Below, piece after piece: positions 7,974-18,143 of a stretch of DNA of 64,000 nt. The stretch lies in IMG/VR virus record IMGVR_UViG_3300035123_000008, positions 5,583-69,582 of that record. One strand, 5' to 3'. How positions within the stretch are numbered: position 1 is the stretch's first letter; every line of letters starts with the position of its first letter. The stretch is from a virus. Made by a program: the position numbers and the translations under genes. The notes under the pieces are model-generated. The model was not told where the DNA came from. It saw only the letters and a list, made by a program, of their open reading frames with translations, and did no database searches.

Positions 7974-8853
7974 AACGCTCCCTCGCTATCCGGTTTACAT
8001 TCCCTCGAAGGGACGCTATAAGAACTGCCTTACGGCTGAGTTCCTTGCGAGAGATAATATTCCCTTCTATTTAGTAGTGGAGGAACAGGAGCAACACCAT
8101 TATGGGGCTGCTTTCGGGGAGGACTGTATCTTGGTCCTTCCTTTTAGTGATCAAGGCTCTGTGATCCCTGCTAGGAACTGGATTAAGGATCATGCTACGG
8201 AAGCCGGCTACGAAAGGCACTGGCAGTTCGATGATAATATTCGGGACATCTGGCGATACCATAAGGGAAAGAGAATTCGGTGTGAATCGGGTGTCGCTAT
8301 TGCAGCAGTAGAAGATTTTGTCGACAGGTATGAGAATATTGCGATCGCTGGTTTCAATTATGTCATGTTCATGCCTACTGGCGCCCATCCTCCTCCTTTT
8401 CATCTAAACCATAGGGTTTACTCAAGCTCACTCGTTTTGAACAAGCTCCCACATCGATGGAGAGGTCGTTATAACGAGGATACCGATATCTGCCTACAGG
8501 TACTCGCAGATGGGTGGTGTACGGTCTTGTTTAATGCCTTCCTCATTATGAAGGTTACCACCATGGTAATGAAAGGGGGAAATACGGACGAACTCTATCA
8601 TGGGGATGGTAGGGTGAAGATGGCTCGTTCTCTTGAGAGGCTTTGGCCACGCGTCGTTGAGACAAAGCGAAGGTTCAGGCGTCCTCAGCATGTCGTAAAG
8701 TATGAATATCGTAGGTTTGATACTCCCCTTAAGCTCAAGCCCGGAATTGAGTTAGATAAGATCGAGCCGAGCAAACATAATATTGGGTTAGTGAAGGTAA
8801 AAGACAAGGTTAAGAGTAAAGAGCTTCGTAAATTGCTTCGTCGCTATAAATAG
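7963..8853 (+). CDS. GT-A fold glycosyltransferase, GREB1/TET-associated (TAGT)-like
   Basis: YPVYIPSKGR...ARNWI...WQFDDNI...YNEDTDICLQVL...MKGGNTDELY. Confidence 0.75.
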   Translation: MSSKTLPRYPVYIPSKGRYKNCLTAEFLARDNIPFYLVVEEQEQHHYGAAFGEDCILVLPFSDQGSVIPARNWIKDHATEAGYERHWQFDDNIRDIWRYHKGKRIRCESGVAIAAVEDFVDRYENIAIAGFNYVMFMPTGAHPPPFHLNHRVYSSSLVLNKLPHRWRGRYNEDTDICLQVLADGWCTVLFNAFLIMKVTTMVMKGGNTDELYHGDGRVKMARSLERLWPRVVETKRRFRRPQHVVKYEYRRFDTPLKLKPGIELDKIEPSKHNIGLVKVKDKVKSKELRKLLRRYK

Positions 8854-8882
8854 CCTTTCATAATAAAACTGGTTTTGATAAC

Positions 8883-9686
8883 ATGCAGAAGATATGGATT
8901 AAGCCCCCTGAGGGTTGGAAGCCAGACATAACTTATCCGAGCGATCATCATAGATGGCCGAACACTCCACGTTGCTTACACTGGATTAATAAGAAAGGTC
9001 GTCAATGTACTCGTCCAGCTATGAAGGGAAAGAGTAAAGAGCCTCACCCAGCAGGACCGGGATGGAAGAGGAAATGTCATTCTCATGGAGGTCGGGCATT
9101 GGCAGGTGTAGCTCACCCACAATTTAAGACTGGTCGTTATGGGATGGATCTCGGTAAGGAACGGGCAGAGGCTCTTGATCGGTTGCTCTCTGACGAGGAC
9201 TTACTGAGCCTCAATGATAATATCGCTGTCTTAGATATGAGGATCATAGAGCTTGTTTCATCCTTGGTGGAGGGTGGCAATCCTGCCGAGCTATGGAAGC
9301 AAGCAATCCGGTCATGGGATTTGATGATCAAGGCTTCAGAAAGGGAAGATCGTGAAGCTATGGCGAAGCACCGAGACAACCTTGATATGATTCTTCGTCA
9401 GGGAGTGGAGGAGATCGCCACTTGGGATGAGATTGATAAACGCTCTGAGACAAGAAGAAAGTTAGTGGAAACTGAGACAAGAAGGCGCGAGAAGATGCGC
9501 TATTTGGTACTGGTAGAGGATACGCTTCGGGATTACATCGCTGTCGGGAGGATCGTCAAAGAGACGATCCTTGACGTTGATATTTCTAAAGAGATGAAGC
9601 TTCTAATATTGAAGAGGGTACAAAGTGGACTCGCTAACTTCATGCAGATTGCAATTACTGAGGGAACTGAGACCACTTCAGATTGA
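8883..9686 (+). CDS. Terminase small subunit (HGGxSTG-like domain)
   Basis: CTRPAMKG...KCHSHGG...FKTGRY; directly upstream of and overlapping TerL. Confidence 0.7.
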   Translation: MQKIWIKPPEGWKPDITYPSDHHRWPNTPRCLHWINKKGRQCTRPAMKGKSKEPHPAGPGWKRKCHSHGGRALAGVAHPQFKTGRYGMDLGKERAEALDRLLSDEDLLSLNDNIAVLDMRIIELVSSLVEGGNPAELWKQAIRSWDLMIKASEREDREAMAKHRDNLDMILRQGVEEIATWDEIDKRSETRRKLVETETRRREKMRYLVLVEDTLRDYIAVGRIVKETILDVDISKEMKLLILKRVQSGLANFMQIAITEGTETTSD

Positions 9687-11010
9687 GGTCTCAGACGAAC
9701 TCTGGCCGGGCTACGAGGAAACCCGACCGGATTATCGCTCTTATGGGGCGAGCTTAAACCTGCAGACAAACATAGACAGGGAAATTCTAATCGCGGGTCC
9801 TGCCGGAACTGGCAAGACCCGTTCTATTCTTGAAAAGTTCCATCGACTTGCACAGGAATATCCGGGCGCGCGCTTTCTATTCGTTCGAAAGAGCAGAGAA
9901 TCGCTTAGTGAATCTGCGCTACAAATATTCGAGCAGTGGGTATTGGGTCCGGGTCATCCTCTCGTCGTCGATGGACCTCGTAGGGATAATCGAAAAATCT
10001 ACCAATACCCAAACGGCTCTGAAATCCTCGTCGGAGGGATGAACCAAACCAAAAAGGTTATGAGCACCGAGTATGACGGTATTGCGGTGTTTGAGGCTAT
10101 CGAGCTAACCGAAGAGGATTGGGAAAACCTTATGACGCGCTTGCGTAATTATATTATTCCCTATCAACAGATCGTCGGTGATACAAACCCCGATATTCCC
10201 ACCCACTGGTTGAAGCTCAGATGTAATGCCGGCATAACGACCTTGCTAGAAAGTTATCATCAGGACAATCCGAAGCTCTACAATCAGGAGATCCAAGACT
10301 GGACCCCGGAGGGCAAGGAGTATATTTTCGGGACGCTTGGAAATCTCTCAGGAGTGCGCAGGCTCAGACTTTTAGAGGGGAAATGGGTCAAAGCAGAAGG
10401 ACTTGTATTTGAGGATTGGGATGATAACGTACATGTAATAGATCGCTTTAAGATACCTCCCTCTTGGAAGAAATTCAGGGTCGTTGATTTCGGATTTGTT
10501 AACCCTTTTGTATGTGGCTGGTTTGCGCTTGATGAGGATGACAGAATTTACTTATTCAAATATATCTATATGACTCGAAAGACCGTAAAGGTCCATTCAG
10601 TTGAGATTAAAAAACACACTCGTGGGATGAAGGGAATTGAGCGAGTTATCGTATGTGATCATGACGCTGAGGATCAGGCAACCTTAAGGGAAAATGGGTT
10701 GTTGACAACGAATGCAGACAAGAGAGTCCGAATTGGGCTTGACAAAGTTATGGAAAGGCTTAAAGTACAAGAGGACGGACGTCCTCGATTTTTTATTCTA
10801 CGTGACAGCTTAATTGAGACAGATAGGTCATTGGTTGATGCGAAAAAACCATATAAGATAGAACAAGAGTTTGATGGGTATGTTTGGAAGGAGAAATCCA
10901 AAAAAGAGGAACCAGTCAAAGATGATGATCATGGGATGGACTTAATACGCTATGCCATAATGCATATCGATGGAAAACCCAAAGGGTGGTCACGAGGAGC
11001 TTCAGAATGA
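9625..11010 (+). CDS. terL: Terminase large subunit (PBSX-like)
   Basis: Walker A GPAGTGKT; GDTNPD coupling motif; RNase H-like VVDFGFVNP and DDHGMDLIRY; start uncertain (GTG 9625 or TTG 9649). Confidence 0.95.
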   Translation: MDSLTSCRLQLLRELRPLQIEVSDELWPGYEETRPDYRSYGASLNLQTNIDREILIAGPAGTGKTRSILEKFHRLAQEYPGARFLFVRKSRESLSESALQIFEQWVLGPGHPLVVDGPRRDNRKIYQYPNGSEILVGGMNQTKKVMSTEYDGIAVFEAIELTEEDWENLMTRLRNYIIPYQQIVGDTNPDIPTHWLKLRCNAGITTLLESYHQDNPKLYNQEIQDWTPEGKEYIFGTLGNLSGVRRLRLLEGKWVKAEGLVFEDWDDNVHVIDRFKIPPSWKKFRVVDFGFVNPFVCGWFALDEDDRIYLFKYIYMTRKTVKVHSVEIKKHTRGMKGIERVIVCDHDAEDQATLRENGLLTTNADKRVRIGLDKVMERLKVQEDGRPRFFILRDSLIETDRSLVDAKKPYKIEQEFDGYVWKEKSKKEEPVKDDDHGMDLIRYAIMHIDGKPKGWSRGASE

Positions 11011-13076
11011 CAGATAAGCCGATCAATAAAATGTTGAAACGGGAGCTTCAAGCATTAGTCAGGCGTCAGAGAAAGGAAATACAAAATCTAAGTAAACAGC
11101 CACGCTTCGAGACGGATGCAGAGCAAGCTTTCGGGAGTATCATGCGATGGGTAAAGATGGCTGATATTGAAGCCCCTAATTATCAAACAGACAGCAGAGC
11201 AAGAGACACATGGTTATATAAGTTCTGGCAGCGAGAACCTCATCTCGCTGGTGTTGTTAATGGGGTTGTTGCTATTGACAAGAATCGTGGTTGGACCCTC
11301 ACCGGAGGAAGAAATCAGGTTCGGCGTTACGTGGATATTTTACATAGCGCAGAGGGCGGTCGAGGCTGGAGGACCTATTTTGGCAAAAGTGCTTTTTCCT
11401 ACTATTGCACCGATGTTGGATCAGTCACCGAGGTTGGGAGGGATGGGCAGCAAGGACCCCTGCGAGCGATCTACAATGTCGATTCTGCAAGGTGTAGAAT
11501 GTCGGGCAATATTGAATATCCTCTTTACTACACTCCCCGAGGTGGTAAGCAACAGGAATGGACTGACTTTGACTTCTTTCGTGTAACCTCAATGGAAAGT
11601 ACCAATGAGCAATTTAATGGACTTGGTTTCTCTGCGATTTCAAGGGCGTTAGAGTTAGCCAAAATCATGGTTGCGATCTGGCAGCATGACCAAGAAAAGC
11701 TAGGTGCGAGAGCTTCCCGAGGTCTGCTGCTTTTGCATAACGTAAGCGAAGAGCAGTGGGAAAATGCTATGATCGCTCGTGATGCGAAGCTCGATAGTGA
11801 GGAGCATAAATACTATGGGGCGGTTTCTGTACTCGCGAGTTCAGGACAAGAACAGCTAGATGCGAAGCTAATAGCTCTTTCGGAGTTGCCGGATAACTTT
11901 GACCAGCAAACAGCGGTTGATCTTACGATGTATGGCTATGCTCTATGCTTTGGTTATGACCCTGCCGAGTTCTGGCCTGTCAAGTATGGCTCAATGGGTC
12001 GCGGTAGAGAAACCGAAGTGCAACACATAAAGGCAACTGGTAAGGGTGGGTTGGATCACGTTCTTAGCTGGCAAGAGCAATTGCAGGAGGAGTTACCTGA
12101 TTCCTTGCAATTTGACTTTGAGCATCGAGACGAGGCTGGAGAAATGCTGACAGCATCGGTTATGCAAGCAAAGATTGAAGCAATAGCGCAAGCATACGAA
12201 ACTGGTCTTATGTCAGGTATGCCATTGATTACGCGGGAAGAAGCAAGGTCGCTTTTAGCAGAGCAGGGTGTTATCCCTTACGAATGGACGGAGATCGAGG
12301 AGGACGTAGAGGTTGATGCTACCGAGGACCCCGAAGCAAGCGACAGCGAAAAGGAACCAACAGAAGAACCAACACCCGAACCCGAAGGAGAGGAAGCAAG
12401 GAGACGCGACGAGCTTCTCTCCAATTTCAGAGTGTTGCGCGCTTGCGAGAAATTTAGAAGTGAACCCATTGTACGCTACCAGTTCCCAAGTAATAAATTC
12501 ACTGTTCTCTTTGAGAGTGGGGATGCTGCGCTCAGACCAAGGTTGCATACTGTAGCGAAGATAAAGAAGCGCCAGGACGATAGCGAAGTTCTTTATACGG
12601 ATGCAGATGTAACCATTACAGAGCTTGATGTTGAGCGCGCAATCAAGGAAGCCGAAAAACGTATAGGTCCTGAGGCTGCGGAGCTTATGCGAGCGGAGGA
12701 AATGACACCGGAGGAACTCGCCGAGGCATATCCCGAAGGTAGAAGTTTATTGCAAAGGGCAAGGAAATTATTTGCTCGACAAATTACTGAGGAACCTTTA
12801 ACGACAGATGAAAAATTAGCAGCAAGAGATTTGCACATTCACTATCACAATGACGCTCTCCCAATAGAACGGCAGGACGAGAAAGAGGAAACGCAAATAA
12901 CCCCAGAGCAAGTTGTAGTCAACGTACCAGAGACACCAGTGGACGTAAATCTCGAAGCAACCTTTTACCTTAAGGAACCAGATCAGGTCATCGAAACGGA
13001 GACCTTTGTCGAGCGTGAGCCACACGACCGGAGAATAATGAGAACAACTTCGGTGAGTAAAAAGAAAAAGAAGTGA
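11007..13076 (+). CDS. Portal protein with long acidic C-terminal extension
   Basis: Directly follows TerL (ATGA overlap, GAGGAG SD); size and position fit; family not verified. Confidence 0.7.
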   Translation: MTDKPINKMLKRELQALVRRQRKEIQNLSKQPRFETDAEQAFGSIMRWVKMADIEAPNYQTDSRARDTWLYKFWQREPHLAGVVNGVVAIDKNRGWTLTGGRNQVRRYVDILHSAEGGRGWRTYFGKSAFSYYCTDVGSVTEVGRDGQQGPLRAIYNVDSARCRMSGNIEYPLYYTPRGGKQQEWTDFDFFRVTSMESTNEQFNGLGFSAISRALELAKIMVAIWQHDQEKLGARASRGLLLLHNVSEEQWENAMIARDAKLDSEEHKYYGAVSVLASSGQEQLDAKLIALSELPDNFDQQTAVDLTMYGYALCFGYDPAEFWPVKYGSMGRGRETEVQHIKATGKGGLDHVLSWQEQLQEELPDSLQFDFEHRDEAGEMLTASVMQAKIEAIAQAYETGLMSGMPLITREEARSLLAEQGVIPYEWTEIEEDVEVDATEDPEASDSEKEPTEEPTPEPEGEEARRRDELLSNFRVLRACEKFRSEPIVRYQFPSNKFTVLFESGDAALRPRLHTVAKIKKRQDDSEVLYTDADVTITELDVERAIKEAEKRIGPEAAELMRAEEMTPEELAEAYPEGRSLLQRARKLFARQITEEPLTTDEKLAARDLHIHYHNDALPIERQDEKEETQITPEQVVVNVPETPVDVNLEATFYLKEPDQVIETETFVEREPHDRRIMRTTSVSKKKKK

Positions 13077-13399
13077 ACAAACGGGAGCGCAAGAAGCTAG
13101 AAAAAATCATACGGCGAAGCAAGCAAAAGAGATACCGTCGCCGTGGGGATTGTAACTTCTGCGGAGATTGCTGCGACAATGAGGAATGTGAATACTTTGA
13201 GCGTGTCAACGCAGATCTTGGGTTCTGTATGGTTTATGGCAAACCAGAGCGTTTCAGGAGATGTTTGCTATTTCCACAAGACCCGAAGCATCCATTCGAA
13301 CGATGTGGATACTATTTCCATGATCGGCACGATGGAGGGAAGATTATAAAGCCTTCGGGATGGCCGGGTCCCATGAATAAACTTGAGGATTTTGAATAA
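13073..13399 (+). CDS. YkgJ-like CxxCxxCC metal-chelating protein
   Basis: CNFCGDCC...C...C...C...C. Confidence 0.65.
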   Translation: MNKRERKKLEKIIRRSKQKRYRRRGDCNFCGDCCDNEECEYFERVNADLGFCMVYGKPERFRRCLLFPQDPKHPFERCGYYFHDRHDGGKIIKPSGWPGPMNKLEDFE

Positions 13400-15450
13400 T
13401 GGCAGTAACGGTTGCGGCTTTGAACCAAACAGTCTTAGATGCTTGTGATAGCGTCACCGACAATAACATGGATGGTGTAGACACCGTAGATTTTAAGGAG
13501 AACAGCGCATCAGTCTACGCCACCAAACGATCATCTGGCAATAATGATTGCATATTTACAAAGGCAACGGGTGTATGGGATCTGTCCGGTACGGGTGTTC
13601 ATGTGCGCTTTTGGTTACTATGCACCTCGGGGGCGTTGATCAACCTTGAAGCCTCTGGTGGGATTCAGCTTGGCGTTAGTGATGGAGTGAATACGGGTTA
13701 CTGGTATATCAGTGGTCGAGACACCTATCCGGGAGGTTGGTACAACTTTGTCGTTGATGTGAGCGCAGCGGTTGACGCAGGCACTAAGCCCACCGATATG
13801 AGTCAGATTACAGATGTCATTGTTAGAATTAACCTAACAGCCATTGGAAAGAATGTTGATAATATATGGATTGACAACCTGCATGTTTGTGATGGGCTTC
13901 GAGCCTACGGAGATGATGCAGGTTCGCCCTTTGACTTCGAGGACATATTTGCAGTAGATAATACTGATAACTCAGCGACAGTGGGCGGATGGGGGATTAT
14001 CAAGAAGTTTGCTGGTATTTACTTTGTCTGCGGCGAACTCGAAATGGGAGATTCCGTTTCTACCAACGCCTGCGATTTCCAAGCACAGAACCAAACCGTC
14101 GTTTTCGAGGATCGTCTGGTTAATGCTGCGCTTTATAACATCACGGTTGTTGATAATGGCACAGGTACAACTGAGTTTTATTTGGGTTCCAAATCTGGAA
14201 CCGCGGGTATTAATGGTTGCACAATAACTGTCGAGGATACTGCTCAAGCAGGTGTCGTTGATTTTATTGCAACCGATGCCGACATTACGGATTTTGGGCT
14301 TTATGGTACGACCTTCTTTGGCTTAGATGATATTTCACTCCCAGCGACAGCAAGCACAACCGAAGTTCTAAATTGCAACTTCAACCAATGCGGTCAGGTC
14401 GATCCTAGCACTTGCACGGTCACAAATTGCAATTTCATCGCTACAAGTTCCACGACCGGAGCGGTACTTTTCGATCAAGCAACCCACTCTGTTACCTATT
14501 GCGCTTTTATCGCCAATACCTATGCCATTGAAGTTACATTCGATGGCGCGCTTGGTTTGAATAACTGCACCTTCACAAATAACACAACTGACGTAAACAA
14601 CAATATTGCAGCGACCAACATGGACAGCTATCAACCTACGGAAGATGGCGACGTTGATGTTTACAGCGGTTCGATCACGCGAGTTGCGCAGCAATTTACG
14701 GCAACTGTGGGCGACCTTTCTCGCGCTATTTGGAGCATACGAAAACAAGGCACTCCAACGGGCAATGTCTATGCCAAGCTCTATGCCAATTCGGGAGGCG
14801 CGCCAACGGGAACTGCGCTTGCGACCAGCAACGCGGTTTCTATTGCAGGGTTGACCACTTCGTTTGCGGACGTAGATTTTGAGTTCGAGGACGAGTTTAC
14901 TCTATCGGCGACTGACTATCACATTTCGATTGAATTTACGGGTGGCGATTCAAGCAATCGTCTCGAAGTGGAATACCTAACAGCGGGAGCAGGAGGGGAG
15001 ACTTGTAACACTTACGTTAGCTCATGGGGTTCGCAAACCTATGACTGTCGCTTTCAAGTAAACCGAGATGGAATCGTAAAGATCAATGCCACAGACAGCA
15101 ATCCCTCAACGGCAGAGGAGACAGCGGCTACCAAGGGCGCGACGATCATCGTGAACACGGTCACCTTGAAAGTGACGGTAAAAGATGAGGATAGGGCTGC
15201 GATCCAAAATGCACAGACTTCAATATACCTACTAGATTCCCCTTTCACGGAATTGATGAACGAGGATACTACGGCATTGGGCGTTGCCGAGGCAGATTAC
15301 AACTATGTTGGGGATGTAGATGTTATGGTGAGGGTACGCAAATCAGAGACCACCGATGTCCCTCGTTATTTTGCAGAATCATCCATACAAACAATAGACA
15401 GTTCCGGATTAACTTTGACTGTGACGCTAGAGGTTAATCCGTACTTATAG
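13399..15450 (+). CDS. Large acidic Thr/Gly-rich multidomain protein, putative virion protein
   Basis: Beta-helix-like NCNF/YCAF/NCTF repeats; RVAQQFT...KQGTPTGNVYAKLY segment resembling choice-of-anchor R domains. Confidence 0.6.
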   Translation: MAVTVAALNQTVLDACDSVTDNNMDGVDTVDFKENSASVYATKRSSGNNDCIFTKATGVWDLSGTGVHVRFWLLCTSGALINLEASGGIQLGVSDGVNTGYWYISGRDTYPGGWYNFVVDVSAAVDAGTKPTDMSQITDVIVRINLTAIGKNVDNIWIDNLHVCDGLRAYGDDAGSPFDFEDIFAVDNTDNSATVGGWGIIKKFAGIYFVCGELEMGDSVSTNACDFQAQNQTVVFEDRLVNAALYNITVVDNGTGTTEFYLGSKSGTAGINGCTITVEDTAQAGVVDFIATDADITDFGLYGTTFFGLDDISLPATASTTEVLNCNFNQCGQVDPSTCTVTNCNFIATSSTTGAVLFDQATHSVTYCAFIANTYAIEVTFDGALGLNNCTFTNNTTDVNNNIAATNMDSYQPTEDGDVDVYSGSITRVAQQFTATVGDLSRAIWSIRKQGTPTGNVYAKLYANSGGAPTGTALATSNAVSIAGLTTSFADVDFEFEDEFTLSATDYHISIEFTGGDSSNRLEVEYLTAGAGGETCNTYVSSWGSQTYDCRFQVNRDGIVKINATDSNPSTAEETAATKGATIIVNTVTLKVTVKDEDRAAIQNAQTSIYLLDSPFTELMNEDTTALGVAEADYNYVGDVDVMVRVRKSETTDVPRYFAESSIQTIDSSGLTLTVTLEVNPYL

Positions 15451-15459
15451 GAGGCAGAA

Positions 15460-15660
15460 ATGAAGGGTCAAGCAAGAAGGAGTTATCAAGAACTTGTAAA
15501 GAGAATCGATGCACTTGAAAAACGTATGGCAGATATGGAAAAAGCGCGTAATGAGTTGAATAGGGCTCAAGCTGAATTAAAGAGCGCGCCAGCCTCCAAG
15601 CCAGCCGCTAAGAAACCACCGGCGAAGAAGAAGCCGGCAGCAAAAGGAGGCGAGAAATGA
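15460..15660 (+). CDS. Small coiled-coil protein with Lys/Ala/Pro histone-H1-like tail
   Basis: AGGAGG SD; PASKPAAKKPPAKKKPAAK. Confidence 0.75.
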   Translation: MKGQARRSYQELVKRIDALEKRMADMEKARNELNRAQAELKSAPASKPAAKKPPAKKKPAAKGGEK

Positions 15661-18143
15661 GCGACACGATACTCGGTGGTAAGTTGACGGTTTACTACCT
15701 CGACGAGGATAGACGCAAGCAAATCAAGTGGACTGGCACAGCAGATAAAGATGATGTTCAGAAAATGATAGACGTCTATGATGCTTGTGAAGATCTGTTC
15801 ACAGTCCCTCCACAATCAGATGATGGTTTGATCTTCTCTGCTGAAACTCCCGGTGAGTACACAATCGGGAGAATTGACGCTGGCGATGCCGAACCTTGGT
15901 TCATAGACCTCAAGACGATGGAGCACATTATTGGCGACTTCGCCAACTTCACAGGTTGTGCGTTGAGGACTTCTGGATGGACACGTGATCTTCCCGGTGA
16001 TGGAACTGGGGCGGTTGGTATTTTGGTTGTTCCAATTACGAATGTCGACATTGATTCAAGTGATATTGGAGATACGCTTACTCATACAGGAGATAATGAC
16101 GCAGGTACTTTGCTCGACTTTATTGACACAGGTGGAGCAACGGATTACCTGATCATTCGTCCTGCCGACAATACGCTTGCCAACGATTTCAATACTGGCT
16201 CTGGCACTATCCAGATGGATACTTCAACCAATACTGCTACGCAGACAGCTATTGGTCATACCGGAGAGATGGTTTGGGGCAACCCTTATACTTCGGGAGC
16301 GATCCTTGATGATACTCACGTTTTCATGTATCAGGATGGAGCGCGGGTAACTTCCTCAGATGAAACAGATCAAGACTGGTGGGTTGATGGTCACGTAGAT
16401 CGAGCACTGCCGATTAAGGATTATACGACCTCGGCATTCCCCACGATTGATGAGGGATACCTTACTGTTAAAGCTAACCAATATGGCTCGAAATATACTT
16501 ACAGCATTATCAGAATGAATACGACCACTGGCGGGAACGTGTCTGCCGGTATCTCATCTGTCGATGACATTACGAACACAACGGGCTATGCTTCGATCAC
16601 GCTCACAGGTGCAACGGGTAACTGGAATGTTGGTGATGAAATCTATGTGTCGGGAACTGAGACAAGGGCGATTCTCACTCAGGTTGATAATCCGGGTGCG
16701 ACCCCCACGTTGCACTTCTTCTACATCGGAGACCCGATTACTGCGTTCCTAACGGGGCAAACAATCACCAATGATGATGACACTGGTACTGGTACTGAGG
16801 ATGGTTCCGGTCCAGTCGCTCAAGGTCCTGATCTTACAACTTGGTTCGATGGGAACTCCAAACCAACCTATACTTTTGCCAACACACAAGTAGACATCGA
16901 CGACGATGGCACGGATGAAGAATACGGGATCACCATTGACCTTCTTTCTTGTTCGTTGGCTCAGATGCACGAATACAATAAGTTTGTACATCGGCGCGGT
17001 TCGGTTATAGATCAAGATGGGTTGGATGGGCAAGAGTGGATCGGTCTAGACTATGCGATCAATTACGCAACCATCACTGGAACTGTGAACGAGGGTGATA
17101 CCGTGACAGGTGTTACTTCAGGAGCAACCGCGGTCGTGGTTTCAAATCCGGGTGGAACATCAAATACAGCATTGGTTAGAAATACACGTGGTGACTTCCA
17201 AGATGCCGAACAGATTCAGGTGGACGGTGCGAACTACTTCGCTGCGTCTGGTCTTACGGTTGAAGTTATCGTGCCGGTTGCAGAGTCGTCTTTCGGGACG
17301 CTTGCAGGAACAACCTTCTTTGCTTCAAGGGGCGTTGTTCTGGACAACTGGAAATCAGCGGAGGAGAACAACTTCTCGCTGATTGACGCAACTGGCGAAA
17401 CGAGAACCAGACCTACATCTATCACAATGACGATCTCAAACCTGCTTCAATACGACTATGCAAGCTGCTTCAGGTTGACCGGATCGGGCGGGATTATTGA
17501 AAAAGATGAATACTCAGCAACGGGTGGCGAATCCATTGGAGATACAACCATCACAGTCGATGGGACGATTGCTGCTGACGTTCCCGGTAAGACAGCGGGA
17601 GGTACGCTCGTTATTCGAGATGATACTGACAGCGCCGAATACGTGGTTAGATACTCGTCCTATGTTGCTTCAACTGGTGTTGTCACTTTAGCTAATTCCA
17701 CTTGGACAGCGGAGGCGTTGACCGATGATGACACCATCATAGATACCGGAGCTTTCGCCAATACCAAGGTTGGAGATTTGGTTTACAACAATGACCTGAC
17801 AGCCGTTAGCTATGTTTCGGAAGTGGTCAGCAACGATGAAATCACAATCTATCCCCCACTCACCGGACAGGATGTTGGTGACACAGGCGAGATCAACTGC
17901 GTACCTATCGCAATGAACACGAATGATGATGTTTACTTCATGATCGTGTTCGAGTTCAAAGAATCAGATGGGGATGCTACGGCTTCGATGGTTTATGTTG
18001 CAGACATTTATGCTCGTGTAAGAGTCAGAAATACAGCAGACGCTGCGATCAAGATCAAGGGTTATACCGGGGACACGATAATCGGAACGGGTGGAGGTAC
18101 GGCGAGCGCCACAAGAATCCCGAATACGGTCTATGGATCGTAA
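15657..18143 (+). CDS. Large acidic beta-rich protein, putative virion protein
   Basis: 828 aa, Asp/Thr/Gly rich; repeated GD(E/T)(I/V).G.T.... elements. Confidence 0.6.
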   Translation: MSDTILGGKLTVYYLDEDRRKQIKWTGTADKDDVQKMIDVYDACEDLFTVPPQSDDGLIFSAETPGEYTIGRIDAGDAEPWFIDLKTMEHIIGDFANFTGCALRTSGWTRDLPGDGTGAVGILVVPITNVDIDSSDIGDTLTHTGDNDAGTLLDFIDTGGATDYLIIRPADNTLANDFNTGSGTIQMDTSTNTATQTAIGHTGEMVWGNPYTSGAILDDTHVFMYQDGARVTSSDETDQDWWVDGHVDRALPIKDYTTSAFPTIDEGYLTVKANQYGSKYTYSIIRMNTTTGGNVSAGISSVDDITNTTGYASITLTGATGNWNVGDEIYVSGTETRAILTQVDNPGATPTLHFFYIGDPITAFLTGQTITNDDDTGTGTEDGSGPVAQGPDLTTWFDGNSKPTYTFANTQVDIDDDGTDEEYGITIDLLSCSLAQMHEYNKFVHRRGSVIDQDGLDGQEWIGLDYAINYATITGTVNEGDTVTGVTSGATAVVVSNPGGTSNTALVRNTRGDFQDAEQIQVDGANYFAASGLTVEVIVPVAESSFGTLAGTTFFASRGVVLDNWKSAEENNFSLIDATGETRTRPTSITMTISNLLQYDYASCFRLTGSGGIIEKDEYSATGGESIGDTTITVDGTIAADVPGKTAGGTLVIRDDTDSAEYVVRYSSYVASTGVVTLANSTWTAEALTDDDTIIDTGAFANTKVGDLVYNNDLTAVSYVSEVVSNDEITIYPPLTGQDVGDTGEINCVPIAMNTNDDVYFMIVFEFKESDGDATASMVYVADIYARVRVRNTADAAIKIKGYTGDTIIGTGGGTASATRIPNTVYGS

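Noticed and set aside
10060-10120. TerL Walker B lacking the usual Asp (IAVFEA)
   Set aside because: Single-acid variants occur in PBSX-like terminases and all other motifs are intact, so this is not evidence of inactivation
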